A program made the translations under genes and the position numbers. Shown here in pieces: positions 8,126-16,604 of a stretch of DNA of 20,000 nt; the stretch's first letter is position 1; each line of letters starts with the position of its first letter. The notes below the pieces were generated by a model. That model worked only from the letters and a program-made list of their open reading frames with translations, was not told where the DNA came from and searched no databases. The stretch is from an uncultured virus (IMG/VR IMGVR_UViG_3300025769_000089) (taxonomy: Duplodnaviria > Heunggongvirae > Uroviricota > Caudoviricetes): IMG/VR virus record IMGVR_UViG_3300025769_000089; one strand, written 5' to 3'.

Positions 8126-11100
8126 CTAAGTACGGAAAACAGCAGAGTCATCTGTTATTTCCAAAACACCTTCATCTGTAGGCACAGTCATGTGTTTAGG
8201 CTTGTCTTTTGATTCAGTTTCTTCATCTATAGAAGAGTCTTCTTCCATATCTCTAACATCATAATCAGGCATTGTCTTCTTGTCATGTAAATTAGTAGGC
8301 CCCATAGGTGATTCTATAGGGGTAGCGTAGTCAATACCTAATCCCTTAGTACCACTACTTGATTGACCTACGGCACCTGCTCCGCTTTTAAGCAACTTCT
8401 CTACTAACTGTAAACCCTTGACAAGTACCTTTTCCTTTTCTTGTTTAGCCCACCATTCTGAATCTTTAATCTTCTTAGGAGGTATGAGAGGCTTTCCTTC
8501 ACCTTCTGTTTCGTGAACCTCAGCCTTATCCTCTTGTTCTTCGGCAGGTGCGGCTATCTGTACATCGGCCTTGAGTAAAGCACCAGCGACTGGTGCCCAG
8601 TAAGGCCTTTGACTTTCAGACATGCGAACCAAATAACCATTAGATGCCAACGGACTGTGTGCTGTCCAAGACTGACCAGACTGTGTACACTTGTATACAA
8701 CATCGCCCTGTGGCATAACTACTCTTATACCGCTGCCTGCTCTATAGACTTCACACAGCCACTGTGAATCTTCTGCCTTAGCAAGTAAACTAAGAGTTTC
8801 TTGACTAACAAGTCCCTCGCCCTCGGCTTCTTCTTCGATTTTAGAGCCTGCTACAGTGAACAACTTTTGCCCTTCGGCGGTTTCTGACTCACCTACATTA
8901 CTGACATTAACTCTAACATGGTCGCCTTCGTTATATTTTTCATCACTGTCGAAAGCAGCGCCAACATCCATGTAAGTCTCACCGTCAGATTCCACTGCCC
9001 TATCACCTAACTCTTCTTCTTTGGTAATTGGACCAGTGCCTAATCGATAGGTGTAAGGGCCGTTGCCTCTTCTTTCTAATACTCTAAGTACGACATCGTT
9101 GCCCGGACTGAGCAGTACCCACTTAGGATGACGCAGTTCACCAGCCATGTAGGTTGACTTGGCATCACGAAGTAGCAACTTTTCATTTTCTTTCTGCAAG
9201 TCCTCTACTGTAACTTTGAGGCCAGCGTCATCTGTAAGTCTGGTGTCACTAGCACTCGGAACATGTACATTCTCAACGCCTTCCAAGCCACCTCTAAGTA
9301 TTTTGATTCGGTCATCTATTGGTACATCGTGTACTTCTTTGTCGTCATATTTGAGGACATCAAAAATATAGTAGCCCTCTTCGGTCTTGAACACATCTAA
9401 ATGATAATCATTATCAGTTACTTTCTTAAAATTATCTTTATCTTCATCTGATAAAGTAAAGTTAGTCGAAGTAACATCATCATCCTCTTTCTTGACAAAG
9501 CCTCTTTCACCTTCTGGCATGACAGATACTATCCAGTCGCCTGTAAAACCACGCAGATGCTCAAGGTCATCCAATTCAAAAATACGATGCATCGGTTGTA
9601 GGATAGGAACGCCTTTACCTATCTCTTTGCGAATGATATCGGGATTGGTCAAAGTCGCCAAGTTAACATCTTCTGACTTAGCAAAAGTATTAGATTCGTT
9701 TCTATTATTCTTAAACTGAGCCGGGAAATGCTCTTCTATGTTGTATTGGTCCCAATTAGTTCCATATAACACATCAGTCAAACCTGCTCCTCTCCATATA
9801 GCCATTGTCGGTTGAACCAACCTTTCTCGTTTAGGTTCAGATAGTGGGATTATATCTATCTTCCCGTCTTTGCCTATCTTATAGTCAAAAGTAACAGGTA
9901 CATTGTGGCCAAACTCCATCCGCTTACCAGATGAGTTGTAAGTAGAAGCAACTATATTGTGAGCATTCGGCCCAACTGGTTCTATCGGTTTAGTAACCCG
10001 CCCACTCAATCTAGCAGTAACTGCGGCAGGAGCAGCGCCCGGCTCGATAAACGGGTCACTATGAATCAAAGAATCAAGAGTTTGTTGGGCTCTGTAAGAT
10101 TTACTAGTGCTTGCGAAATGCTTACCCTTCCTGTAAGATTCGCCGTATTTTTCAGCGTGTTTATCTTGTAACATTCTTTTGGTATCTTTGTCTAATACTA
10201 GACTGGCATTAATCATCTTCGCTTTGAAATTTTTAATATCATTCTCTACCCTGTTACGCTGAGGACCAGTAGATGCTCTATCCTTTATTTCTTGTAGTCT
10301 CTTTAATTCTTCATTAAAATGTTCATGTACCCTTTCATCAGGATTGACAGCGTGATGTATGTCAAAGCCCATCTGATAATTTCTTTCGTCGACACCAGCC
10401 TTTTCTGCACCACCCATACCTCTTCTATGTGGCACTAATGCGTTTCTTAAATTGTTAACCATAGTGATTAAATTACTAGCATCTTCATTGTCAAAACCCC
10501 TAGTCTTCCTCATCTGCTCAAGAGTTGCGCCAAAATCAGCATCTGGCTTATCAAAGTGGTGCTTAGCGAAGTTACCGATGGTCTGAATTGGAATTTCTAA
10601 ATCTCTTAACTCGTCATACATTCCTTGACTTTCCATTTCATCTATAATCGGGTTTACTACATCTTCGAGAAAATGTTTCATGGTTTGTTGGGTATGGAAA
10701 TCTTCTGGGTTTAAACCCAAATCTTCTGCTAACTTTGCCATGTAGCGCTCTCGATTTGCACCACCCCTTAGAAAATCAACATAACTAAACTTGACATCGC
10801 TGTTATGAGCAAAATCCTTAGCAGATTCTGCAATTGGATTAAAATTTTCATTCATCTCTTTTTCGCCGTATTCGTCTCTGGATGTGAGTGAACTCAAGCC
10901 GTGTGCTTCTGAGGGAGCATTAATAAAATAATCATTTAGCATTCGAGCAAACTGTCTTAGATTACCCTCGATTATGTCAGGGGGTAGACTTCTATCAAAC
11001 AGTTCTGGAAACTCAGCGGCTTTTTGTTGTGCTAACTTTTCGTAGGCTTGGTCATCAGCCTCTAACTTTTCTAGTAACATTTTGGTGCCTTCTGGCATCT

Positions 11101-13675
11101 TGTCACCAAACATCTTAGGCTCAAGTGTAGGTATATCCTCTAATTCTTCTTCTAACTCAATCAATTTGTTTTCAATTATTTGACTGGCTTCACCCTCTTC
11201 TTGAGAGGCGGCGTTTTCTAGTTCCTCTATCTGGCGCTTAAGGTTATCAGCCCTTACTTTGTTAGCACGACTCATGTTAACATAACCTTCACCGTATGTT
11301 AACGGTAGGTAAACATCTTTGTCCATTGGTCTGTGAACATTACCAACCTGACCTATTTCTACAGGTGTGCCCGGAGGACCAGCAAGATGTTTGTGCTGCG
11401 CTATCAAGACTGCATCCTTACCAGCATCCTTCTCACGAGCAGCAGGGTCGTGACCGCCCCTGAAAGTAAACGGATTATGAGTTTTGAAATGCCCGCTTCT
11501 TTTTCCCTCTAGTTTCTCTTTTATGTCGAATTGTGATTTGTCATCTAACTCATCGACTGCCCCTTCGTATTCGTTTAGATGTAAGTTAGTGACCGCTGGA
11601 TTGAGTGACTGGGCGTGTCGAGAAAATAAATTGTTAGTTCCTACATCTTTATTATAATGGTTAGCAGAACCAGCAGAATGGATGTTAATTGCGTGTTCGG
11701 GGTGGGCAAAATCTACTTGTGCTTTGTCGCTAAACTTAGAATCAACAGCCTCTATAGGTCTAGGTAAAAACGGCGCAAATGCGCTTTTAGTATTGAATGT
11801 AAGGTGTTCTCCTCCATCGCTATCTTCATGTAACCTTCTATGTTCAAGTTTACCTGTATTAGGATTCTTCATAAAGAACAGGCTTTGTTCATACCCTTTG
11901 TTATCCATAGTCACTTGGTCAGCAGGATAGCCTTCGTCATAAGGTCCGACTTTTTCTTCTCCAGCCCGCATCTGAGCGAAAGCCTGTTCAAATATATCTG
12001 CCTCCTCTTCCTCTTCACCCTTGATGTCGGTCCTGAAATGATTTTTACCGTGAAGCAATGTAGCCTGATGAAGCAACTCAAACAACAATTGTGGATTCTT
12101 ATTAAGTCCACCAACCTTGAAAGGAATGCCCCAGTAAGTCGCTAAGGAGTCGTTACTTGTCCCACCCTTAGTATACTCAGGGTCAAAGTCTTCTTCATCT
12201 ATGTGAGGAGCATAATGTATACTAGCCTCTCTCCTACCTATCTTGCCAGCGAATATATTACGAGTTCGATTTATTCTTTCCCGCATTATTTTGTCAATTT
12301 CTTCTTGAGTAAACGGGCCTTCTTCTGGGTTCCATCTATCACCATAAAGGGGATGCTGACCGGAAGCATGCAGTCTACCGTCTAAATCTACACCTAGCAA
12401 AGCCCTCATAGTCTTGAAATCCATTCCTACTTCTTCGCCTAAGAATTGGTCTTTTCGTTTGATGGGTTTGACAAATTGTATACTCCGATTAACTACTTTG
12501 TTCGGGTCATTGGGGTCACTTGAAAATTCTTCATTCAAAAAAGGTCTTTGACTTAAATCTACACTTGGTATGTTTTCCATTTCTTGAAGATAGTCCATTG
12601 CTCGTTTGTAACCATTTTCCACAGCACCAAACGCTGACATGTTTTCAGTTGGCCCCGGCTCTCTGGCAGCAGATGGCTCTCTTTCTCTAATTGCTTTAGT
12701 ATTGAATCCCGGTATGTGAGCCTTACCTACCCAGTGGTCAAAGATAGGCGCAAATCTATTCTGTATGTTTTGCACTATTCTCGGCAACCAATCGTTACCG
12801 CCTCTTAATTTGAGGGGGTAGTTTTTATTTGTCAAACCAAAACGAGCAATGTGGTCGTATACTTTTTGTCGCTCCTCTGGCGTTGTCCATTCCAAACCAA
12901 GTAGGTAATCAGTAAACTTTAGATTGTCTTTCCAACCTTCTTTGGCTTCCTCCATATGCTTCATAGCAAGTCTGTGGTTTATTTCATCATCATCAAATAT
13001 ACCTTGCTCATGCATATCTTGAGTTATCAGACTAACCAAAGAGTCGTTATTTCTTTTCCAATCATCAAAGTGCCTTTCATAGATATCGTGGTTAGTCATA
13101 TCGTCGGCCAACTCTCCATAGTTAGCGGTGTTCCTCAGAAAAGCCGAAGGGTTGTATTCAGCATCTCCAGTCTGTGAGTTTTTTCTGTGAAAATGATTAG
13201 TGATATCGGCGTGGTCACGACTAACACTTTGACCGGGGGTGTCGCCTACATAATAATTAGCCACATGGTCAACCATGTTGTCGCCATGTAATGGAAACAG
13301 ACTTGAGCCAAAGTAATCAATATCGTGATGAGAATCGCTGTTAGGGTCACCCGGATTCATTTGGATGTTAGCACCAGTAAAAGGTTGACCGGGCTCAGGT
13401 GTGACGACTCTCGAAGGTTGTAAAGAGGGGTTCTGTGCTATTTCGCTACCAGACATAAACTGTTCTTGAAACCAATCATCCTCTTCTTTAAGAATGACAT
13501 TTGCCATTTTGAGTAATGTATCGTCTTGATTGTTTAAATCATAACCGTGTCTTTGTAAGTTAAGACTAGCAAAATAGTATTCGGCAGCAGCGTCTGCTTT
13601 GCCTATACCGTCGTAAATAGATTCTATGAAAGTAAACTTAGCCCTGTCAAAGGTATCGTAGTGACCTTCTATCAT
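8126..13675 (-). CDS. Giant (~1850 aa) head-cluster protein with C-terminal inactivated ATP-dependent DNA ligase (adenylation + OB) module
   Basis: Ligase-like motifs at about 8790-9610: 'WIVSVMPEGERG' (motif I without Lys), 'YYIFDVL' (IIIa), 'VPIDDRIKIL', 'EKLLLRDAKSTY..G..RHPKWVLL' (IV/V), then OB-like strands. Likely start ATG 13675 (SD GGTGG) rather than GTG 13684. Confidence 0.75.
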   Translation of the reverse strand: MIEGHYDTFDRAKFTFIESIYDGIGKADAAAEYYFASLNLQRHGYDLNNQDDTLLKMANVILKEEDDWFQEQFMSGSEIAQNPSLQPSRVVTPEPGQPFTGANIQMNPGDPNSDSHHDIDYFGSSLFPLHGDNMVDHVANYYVGDTPGQSVSRDHADITNHFHRKNSQTGDAEYNPSAFLRNTANYGELADDMTNHDIYERHFDDWKRNNDSLVSLITQDMHEQGIFDDDEINHRLAMKHMEEAKEGWKDNLKFTDYLLGLEWTTPEERQKVYDHIARFGLTNKNYPLKLRGGNDWLPRIVQNIQNRFAPIFDHWVGKAHIPGFNTKAIREREPSAAREPGPTENMSAFGAVENGYKRAMDYLQEMENIPSVDLSQRPFLNEEFSSDPNDPNKVVNRSIQFVKPIKRKDQFLGEEVGMDFKTMRALLGVDLDGRLHASGQHPLYGDRWNPEEGPFTQEEIDKIMRERINRTRNIFAGKIGRREASIHYAPHIDEEDFDPEYTKGGTSNDSLATYWGIPFKVGGLNKNPQLLFELLHQATLLHGKNHFRTDIKGEEEEEADIFEQAFAQMRAGEEKVGPYDEGYPADQVTMDNKGYEQSLFFMKNPNTGKLEHRRLHEDSDGGEHLTFNTKSAFAPFLPRPIEAVDSKFSDKAQVDFAHPEHAINIHSAGSANHYNKDVGTNNLFSRHAQSLNPAVTNLHLNEYEGAVDELDDKSQFDIKEKLEGKRSGHFKTHNPFTFRGGHDPAAREKDAGKDAVLIAQHKHLAGPPGTPVEIGQVGNVHRPMDKDVYLPLTYGEGYVNMSRANKVRADNLKRQIEELENAASQEEGEASQIIENKLIELEEELEDIPTLEPKMFGDKMPEGTKMLLEKLEADDQAYEKLAQQKAAEFPELFDRSLPPDIIEGNLRQFARMLNDYFINAPSEAHGLSSLTSRDEYGEKEMNENFNPIAESAKDFAHNSDVKFSYVDFLRGGANRERYMAKLAEDLGLNPEDFHTQQTMKHFLEDVVNPIIDEMESQGMYDELRDLEIPIQTIGNFAKHHFDKPDADFGATLEQMRKTRGFDNEDASNLITMVNNLRNALVPHRRGMGGAEKAGVDERNYQMGFDIHHAVNPDERVHEHFNEELKRLQEIKDRASTGPQRNRVENDIKNFKAKMINASLVLDKDTKRMLQDKHAEKYGESYRKGKHFASTSKSYRAQQTLDSLIHSDPFIEPGAAPAAVTARLSGRVTKPIEPVGPNAHNIVASTYNSSGKRMEFGHNVPVTFDYKIGKDGKIDIIPLSEPKRERLVQPTMAIWRGAGLTDVLYGTNWDQYNIEEHFPAQFKNNRNESNTFAKSEDVNLATLTNPDIIRKEIGKGVPILQPMHRIFELDDLEHLRGFTGDWIVSVMPEGERGFVKKEDDDVTSTNFTLSDEDKDNFKKVTDNDYHLDVFKTEEGYYIFDVLKYDDKEVHDVPIDDRIKILRGGLEGVENVHVPSASDTRLTDDAGLKVTVEDLQKENEKLLLRDAKSTYMAGELRHPKWVLLSPGNDVVLRVLERRGNGPYTYRLGTGPITKEEELGDRAVESDGETYMDVGAAFDSDEKYNEGDHVRVNVSNVGESETAEGQKLFTVAGSKIEEEAEGEGLVSQETLSLLAKAEDSQWLCEVYRAGSGIRVVMPQGDVVYKCTQSGQSWTAHSPLASNGYLVRMSESQRPYWAPVAGALLKADVQIAAPAEEQEDKAEVHETEGEGKPLIPPKKIKDSEWWAKQEKEKVLVKGLQLVEKLLKSGAGAVGQSSSGTKGLGIDYATPIESPMGPTNLHDKKTMPDYDVRDMEEDSSIDEETESKDKPKHMTVPTDEGVLEITDDSAVFRT

Positions 13676-13691
13676 CCATACCACCAGCCGT

Positions 13692-14078
13692 TCAATTTAG
13701 ACGGCTGGATAGTCGGTCAATAGACTTCTTCAATTCTGTTAAGGTTGGACCGTCACCACCTTTGAAGTTTTCAAGAGCCCCTGTTGTACTGAAAGCAGTC
13801 GGGTAGTAAGGTGAAGTTCTTGTCAAGACATCACTGCTTTCTGATATTGCGCCTTTATTAGCAACATCTTCTACCCCGTCAAGTAATACATTGTTTGTGT
13901 TGTAAAATGCGTTAGGCACACCAGACGGTTGTGCCTCGAATCGAGCGTAGCCTTCTTTTGAGCCTTCTTTTTGTCCAGAATAATTAGGCTCTGCTTTAGC
14001 AATACGCTCTTCTAACTTCTTTGCCTCTTTTAGCAATCTGTCAACTTCTGGCTCTCTAGGTTCAAATCTAGGTCTCAT
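13692..14078 (-). CDS. Hypothetical head-associated protein (128 aa)
   Basis: Tightly coupled ORF with short coiled-coil-like ends (LLKEAKKLEERIAKAE; LTELKKSIDRLSSRLN). Confidence 0.65.
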   Translation of the reverse strand: MRPRFEPREPEVDRLLKEAKKLEERIAKAEPNYSGQKEGSKEGYARFEAQPSGVPNAFYNTNNVLLDGVEDVANKGAISESSDVLTRTSPYYPTAFSTTGALENFKGGDGPTLTELKKSIDRLSSRLN

Positions 14079-14079
14079 C

Positions 14080-14451
14080 TTAATCCATTCCTAATTCATT
14101 TCCAATTGCACCTTCTGACTTTGCTTGGTCAGCAAGTGCGTGTATATCTGCCCAATCCATGCTGTGGAAGTCAGCGTTGGTTTTGGGTATGCTCAAAGGC
14201 TCTCCGTTGTCTCCTTTCAGAAGTACATCGTCAGCATCTCCTCTAAAGGTATCAGGCATGACATCCTCTGGCATACGATTTCTAGCGGATACAAATCCAG
14301 CCTTTCTCAAAAGACTTGCTGGATTGGTAAGTGCTTTCTTCAATTCTGCGTTTTCTGCTTTCAACATCTGCAAACCTGCATCCATGCTTTCCATCTTAGT
14401 GATGAGAGCACCCATGAGTTTCTCAGCAACATTCTCCCCCTCGTCGCTCAT
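14080..14451 (-). CDS. Scaffold-like small protein (123 aa) sharing the C-terminal motif of the protease-scaffold
   Basis: SD GGTGA; N-terminal coiled coil; IPKTNADFHSMDWADIHALA resembles scaffold IPSTEALGSMSWDEVHRLA. Confidence 0.65.
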   Translation of the reverse strand: MSDEGENVAEKLMGALITKMESMDAGLQMLKAENAELKKALTNPASLLRKAGFVSARNRMPEDVMPDTFRGDADDVLLKGDNGEPLSIPKTNADFHSMDWADIHALADQAKSEGAIGNELGMD

Positions 14452-14460
14452 TTACTCACC

Positions 14461-14805
14461 TCAAAGTGTACGGTTTGATAGTCTGCGGTTGATGTTTCCA
14501 AAGCGAGAAGTTCTGATTGTTCCCGGCAAAACATTTGCTTCTACCTTGTGAACAGTCTCAACTTCTGACATTTTCATAATAGGTACTCCACCAGCGTAGA
14601 TATCATTGACTCCTTGAATGGAATCGTCTTGCTTCATTACAGCAGACTCAACATCACTGCTTAGGTAATCTGCATATTTCACAATTTCATTGATGTGATT
14701 TCTTGCAGAAAAGCCATCATTCTCGTCTAACGCTTTGTAAAATGCGTCTACATGATTACGCATTTTTCTAGCCATTGGGTCCAATTTTCTCAGGTCCATG
14801 CTCAT
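14461..14805 (-). CDS. Hypothetical helical protein (~112-116 aa)
   Basis: Same strand, immediately after the portal; start is one of GTG 14811, ATG 14805 or ATG 14799; TTTAAA box upstream. Confidence 0.65.
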   Translation of the reverse strand: MSMDLRKLDPMARKMRNHVDAFYKALDENDGFSARNHINEIVKYADYLSSDVESAVMKQDDSIQGVNDIYAGGVPIMKMSEVETVHKVEANVLPGTIRTSRFGNINRRLSNRTL

Positions 14806-14823
14806 CTCCACTACCTTCCTTGA

Positions 14824-14830
14824 CTTTAAA
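14824..14830 (-). promoter_or_regulatory. Putative TATA box
   Basis: TTTAAAG on the minus strand in the 23-nt gap after the portal, about 25 nt upstream of ATG 14799. Confidence 0.35.
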
Positions 14831-14834
14831 CTTC

Positions 14835-16604
14835 CTAAGCCCCTCTAGGATTGCGAGCATTGATTATACTTTGACTCGCTTGCTGAACTCCACTAGGTTG
14901 AGGGCCTCTTTGCTGAACACTTGACATCGGTGAACCTGCACCCATACTAGTTCTGTTTTGAGGGCTTGCAGGGCCTCTATTTCTCAGACCTGCACCTTCT
15001 CCACCCGGTTGCCCCATACCCATCTGCGCTTGTCTGCCAAGCATAGCCGCACCTTGTGGACTAATGTTTCGACTTGGTAAAGCACCCGGTGTACCCATGC
15101 CGCCGCCCATCTGCATACCACCCATAGGCATACCGCCCGGAGGCATACCGCCCGGAGGTGGTGGTTGTTGAGCAGGGTCATTCGGGTCTGGCTGTTTGTA
15201 AATAAATCGGATGTCACGGTTAGCATCTTCCTTGAGTTCAGGTTTGTAACCCATCATCATCATTCTTTGTGCAATGTTAACTTCCATTTCGTCACGGCGT
15301 AGTCGAGTAACTTCATCCTCTTCTTCATTCGGATATAGTGTAAGTTGCCAATCACTGACATCCATTTGTTCTACTAGCATTGGGAATAGATGGTCAGTGT
15401 ATACCTTGTGACCAAATTCAACCGCCCTGTTGGTCACCAGTATCTGCATACCTTCATTATTCAGTCCACCAGATTTACCAGTGTCCATCATAAATACATT
15501 AGATACACCATAGAAAGCAGCGATTCTTTGTCGCATCTCATCTCTGGCTGCAATATACTGCATCTCTTCAAGGCTATCCATCAACTTAACCCAGTTGATA
15601 CCACCTCTACCGCTACCAGATTCAATACCAATCTTAGGTATGTAATGCGGGTCACGCTCTAACTTTTCATCAGTTGACTTGAAAAATGACTTCATCGATT
15701 CAAGGTTGTCAGTAGTAACGCTCAATATACCTCTTGGTATTCTGCGCTTTGAGTAAGCAGTGTACATGTAGTTGTCCATCGCTGTCAAAGTCATAGCCTG
15801 TCGCCAAAGAGTAGATACAGGGCTTCGGCCATACAATTTGCTAGGATTGTATTTACTTACATGTATGACTTCTCCCTTGAGATAGTATTGCGTCTTACCA
15901 GAACCTGCTGTATTGACATGATGTACATCTTCTAATTCATGACCACATACACCACAACTCTTTTCTTCGCCAGAATACGACTTAACTTCGTCACGATGAA
16001 TAGGACATACCTTGAAACGACCACCTCTTACTCCACGCTTATCAGCAATAATTCGCATAAAGATAGGGTCGCCTCTGACAATCTCTTTGATTCTATAGAA
16101 AGCCAACTCATTTGTTTCTGGGTCCATGTAATACTCTTTGATAAGTATCAAAAACCCATCATCGGTAATATTCAAATCATATTCTATCTCTCTAAGTACA
16201 TCCATGAAAGATTGTTCCATAGAGTTTCTTTGGTCTAATAACCACCTTGGATAAACAAGTTGTTCTGGGTCTGGTCCGACTAACTCAGTATCACCGCACT
16301 CTTTGCACTCTTTAACATCATGTTGAAACTCAGCGTCACAAGATGTACACTTCTTATGGAATTTCTTTTCCCAATAGTAGCCTCTACGGAATATCTCTTG
16401 TTGCAAAGTAGACAGCACTGTTCTCAGTATCAGATTCTCATTAGCCACTGCGTAAAGCGCTGGTATAGTGATACCCTGTGCCAATACAGGTTCTTGAATT
16501 CCTGTAGTCCAAAGCGGCATCTGCGGCGCTGGAGTACTCCTTCTTCTAAACGGGTTAGCCAATGATTCAAGGAATCTACCAATTCTACCTTTTTCTTCTG
16601 CCAT
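14835..16604 (-). CDS. Portal protein (HK97-type) with two Zn-ribbon insertions and low-complexity C-terminal tail
   Basis: 'DLNITDDGFLILIK', 'EVIHVSKYNPSKLYGRSPVSTL', 'RIPRGILSV', 'EMQYIAARDEMRQRIAAFYGVSNVFM' are characteristic portal motifs. Start ATG 16604 (MAEEKG) overlaps the upstream TGA (TGATG); 589 aa. Confidence 0.92.
   Translation of the reverse strand: MAEEKGRIGRFLESLANPFRRRSTPAPQMPLWTTGIQEPVLAQGITIPALYAVANENLILRTVLSTLQQEIFRRGYYWEKKFHKKCTSCDAEFQHDVKECKECGDTELVGPDPEQLVYPRWLLDQRNSMEQSFMDVLREIEYDLNITDDGFLILIKEYYMDPETNELAFYRIKEIVRGDPIFMRIIADKRGVRGGRFKVCPIHRDEVKSYSGEEKSCGVCGHELEDVHHVNTAGSGKTQYYLKGEVIHVSKYNPSKLYGRSPVSTLWRQAMTLTAMDNYMYTAYSKRRIPRGILSVTTDNLESMKSFFKSTDEKLERDPHYIPKIGIESGSGRGGINWVKLMDSLEEMQYIAARDEMRQRIAAFYGVSNVFMMDTGKSGGLNNEGMQILVTNRAVEFGHKVYTDHLFPMLVEQMDVSDWQLTLYPNEEEDEVTRLRRDEMEVNIAQRMMMMGYKPELKEDANRDIRFIYKQPDPNDPAQQPPPPGGMPPGGMPMGGMQMGGGMGTPGALPSRNISPQGAAMLGRQAQMGMGQPGGEGAGLRNRGPASPQNRTSMGAGSPMSSVQQRGPQPSGVQQASQSIINARNPRGA
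15112..15158. repeat. 15-bp in-frame tandem repeat (ggcataccgcccgga x2 plus a degenerate copy) encoding PPGGM/PMGGM units
   Basis: Exact copies at 15127-15141 and 15142-15156; degenerate tgcataccacccata at 15112-15126. Confidence 0.85.

Noticed and set aside
8126..13684. Giant ORF as tape measure protein or as an active DNA ligase
   Set aside because: It lies in the head cluster, lacks the Ala/Gly-rich repeats and hydrophobic segments of tape measures, and the ligase catalytic Lys is absent.
7296..15226. Alternate-frame minus-strand ORFs 7296..7478, 11911..12114 and 14984..15226
   Set aside because: Short, fully nested in larger genes, and explained by low-complexity codon usage of the host frame; no convincing translation signals seen.
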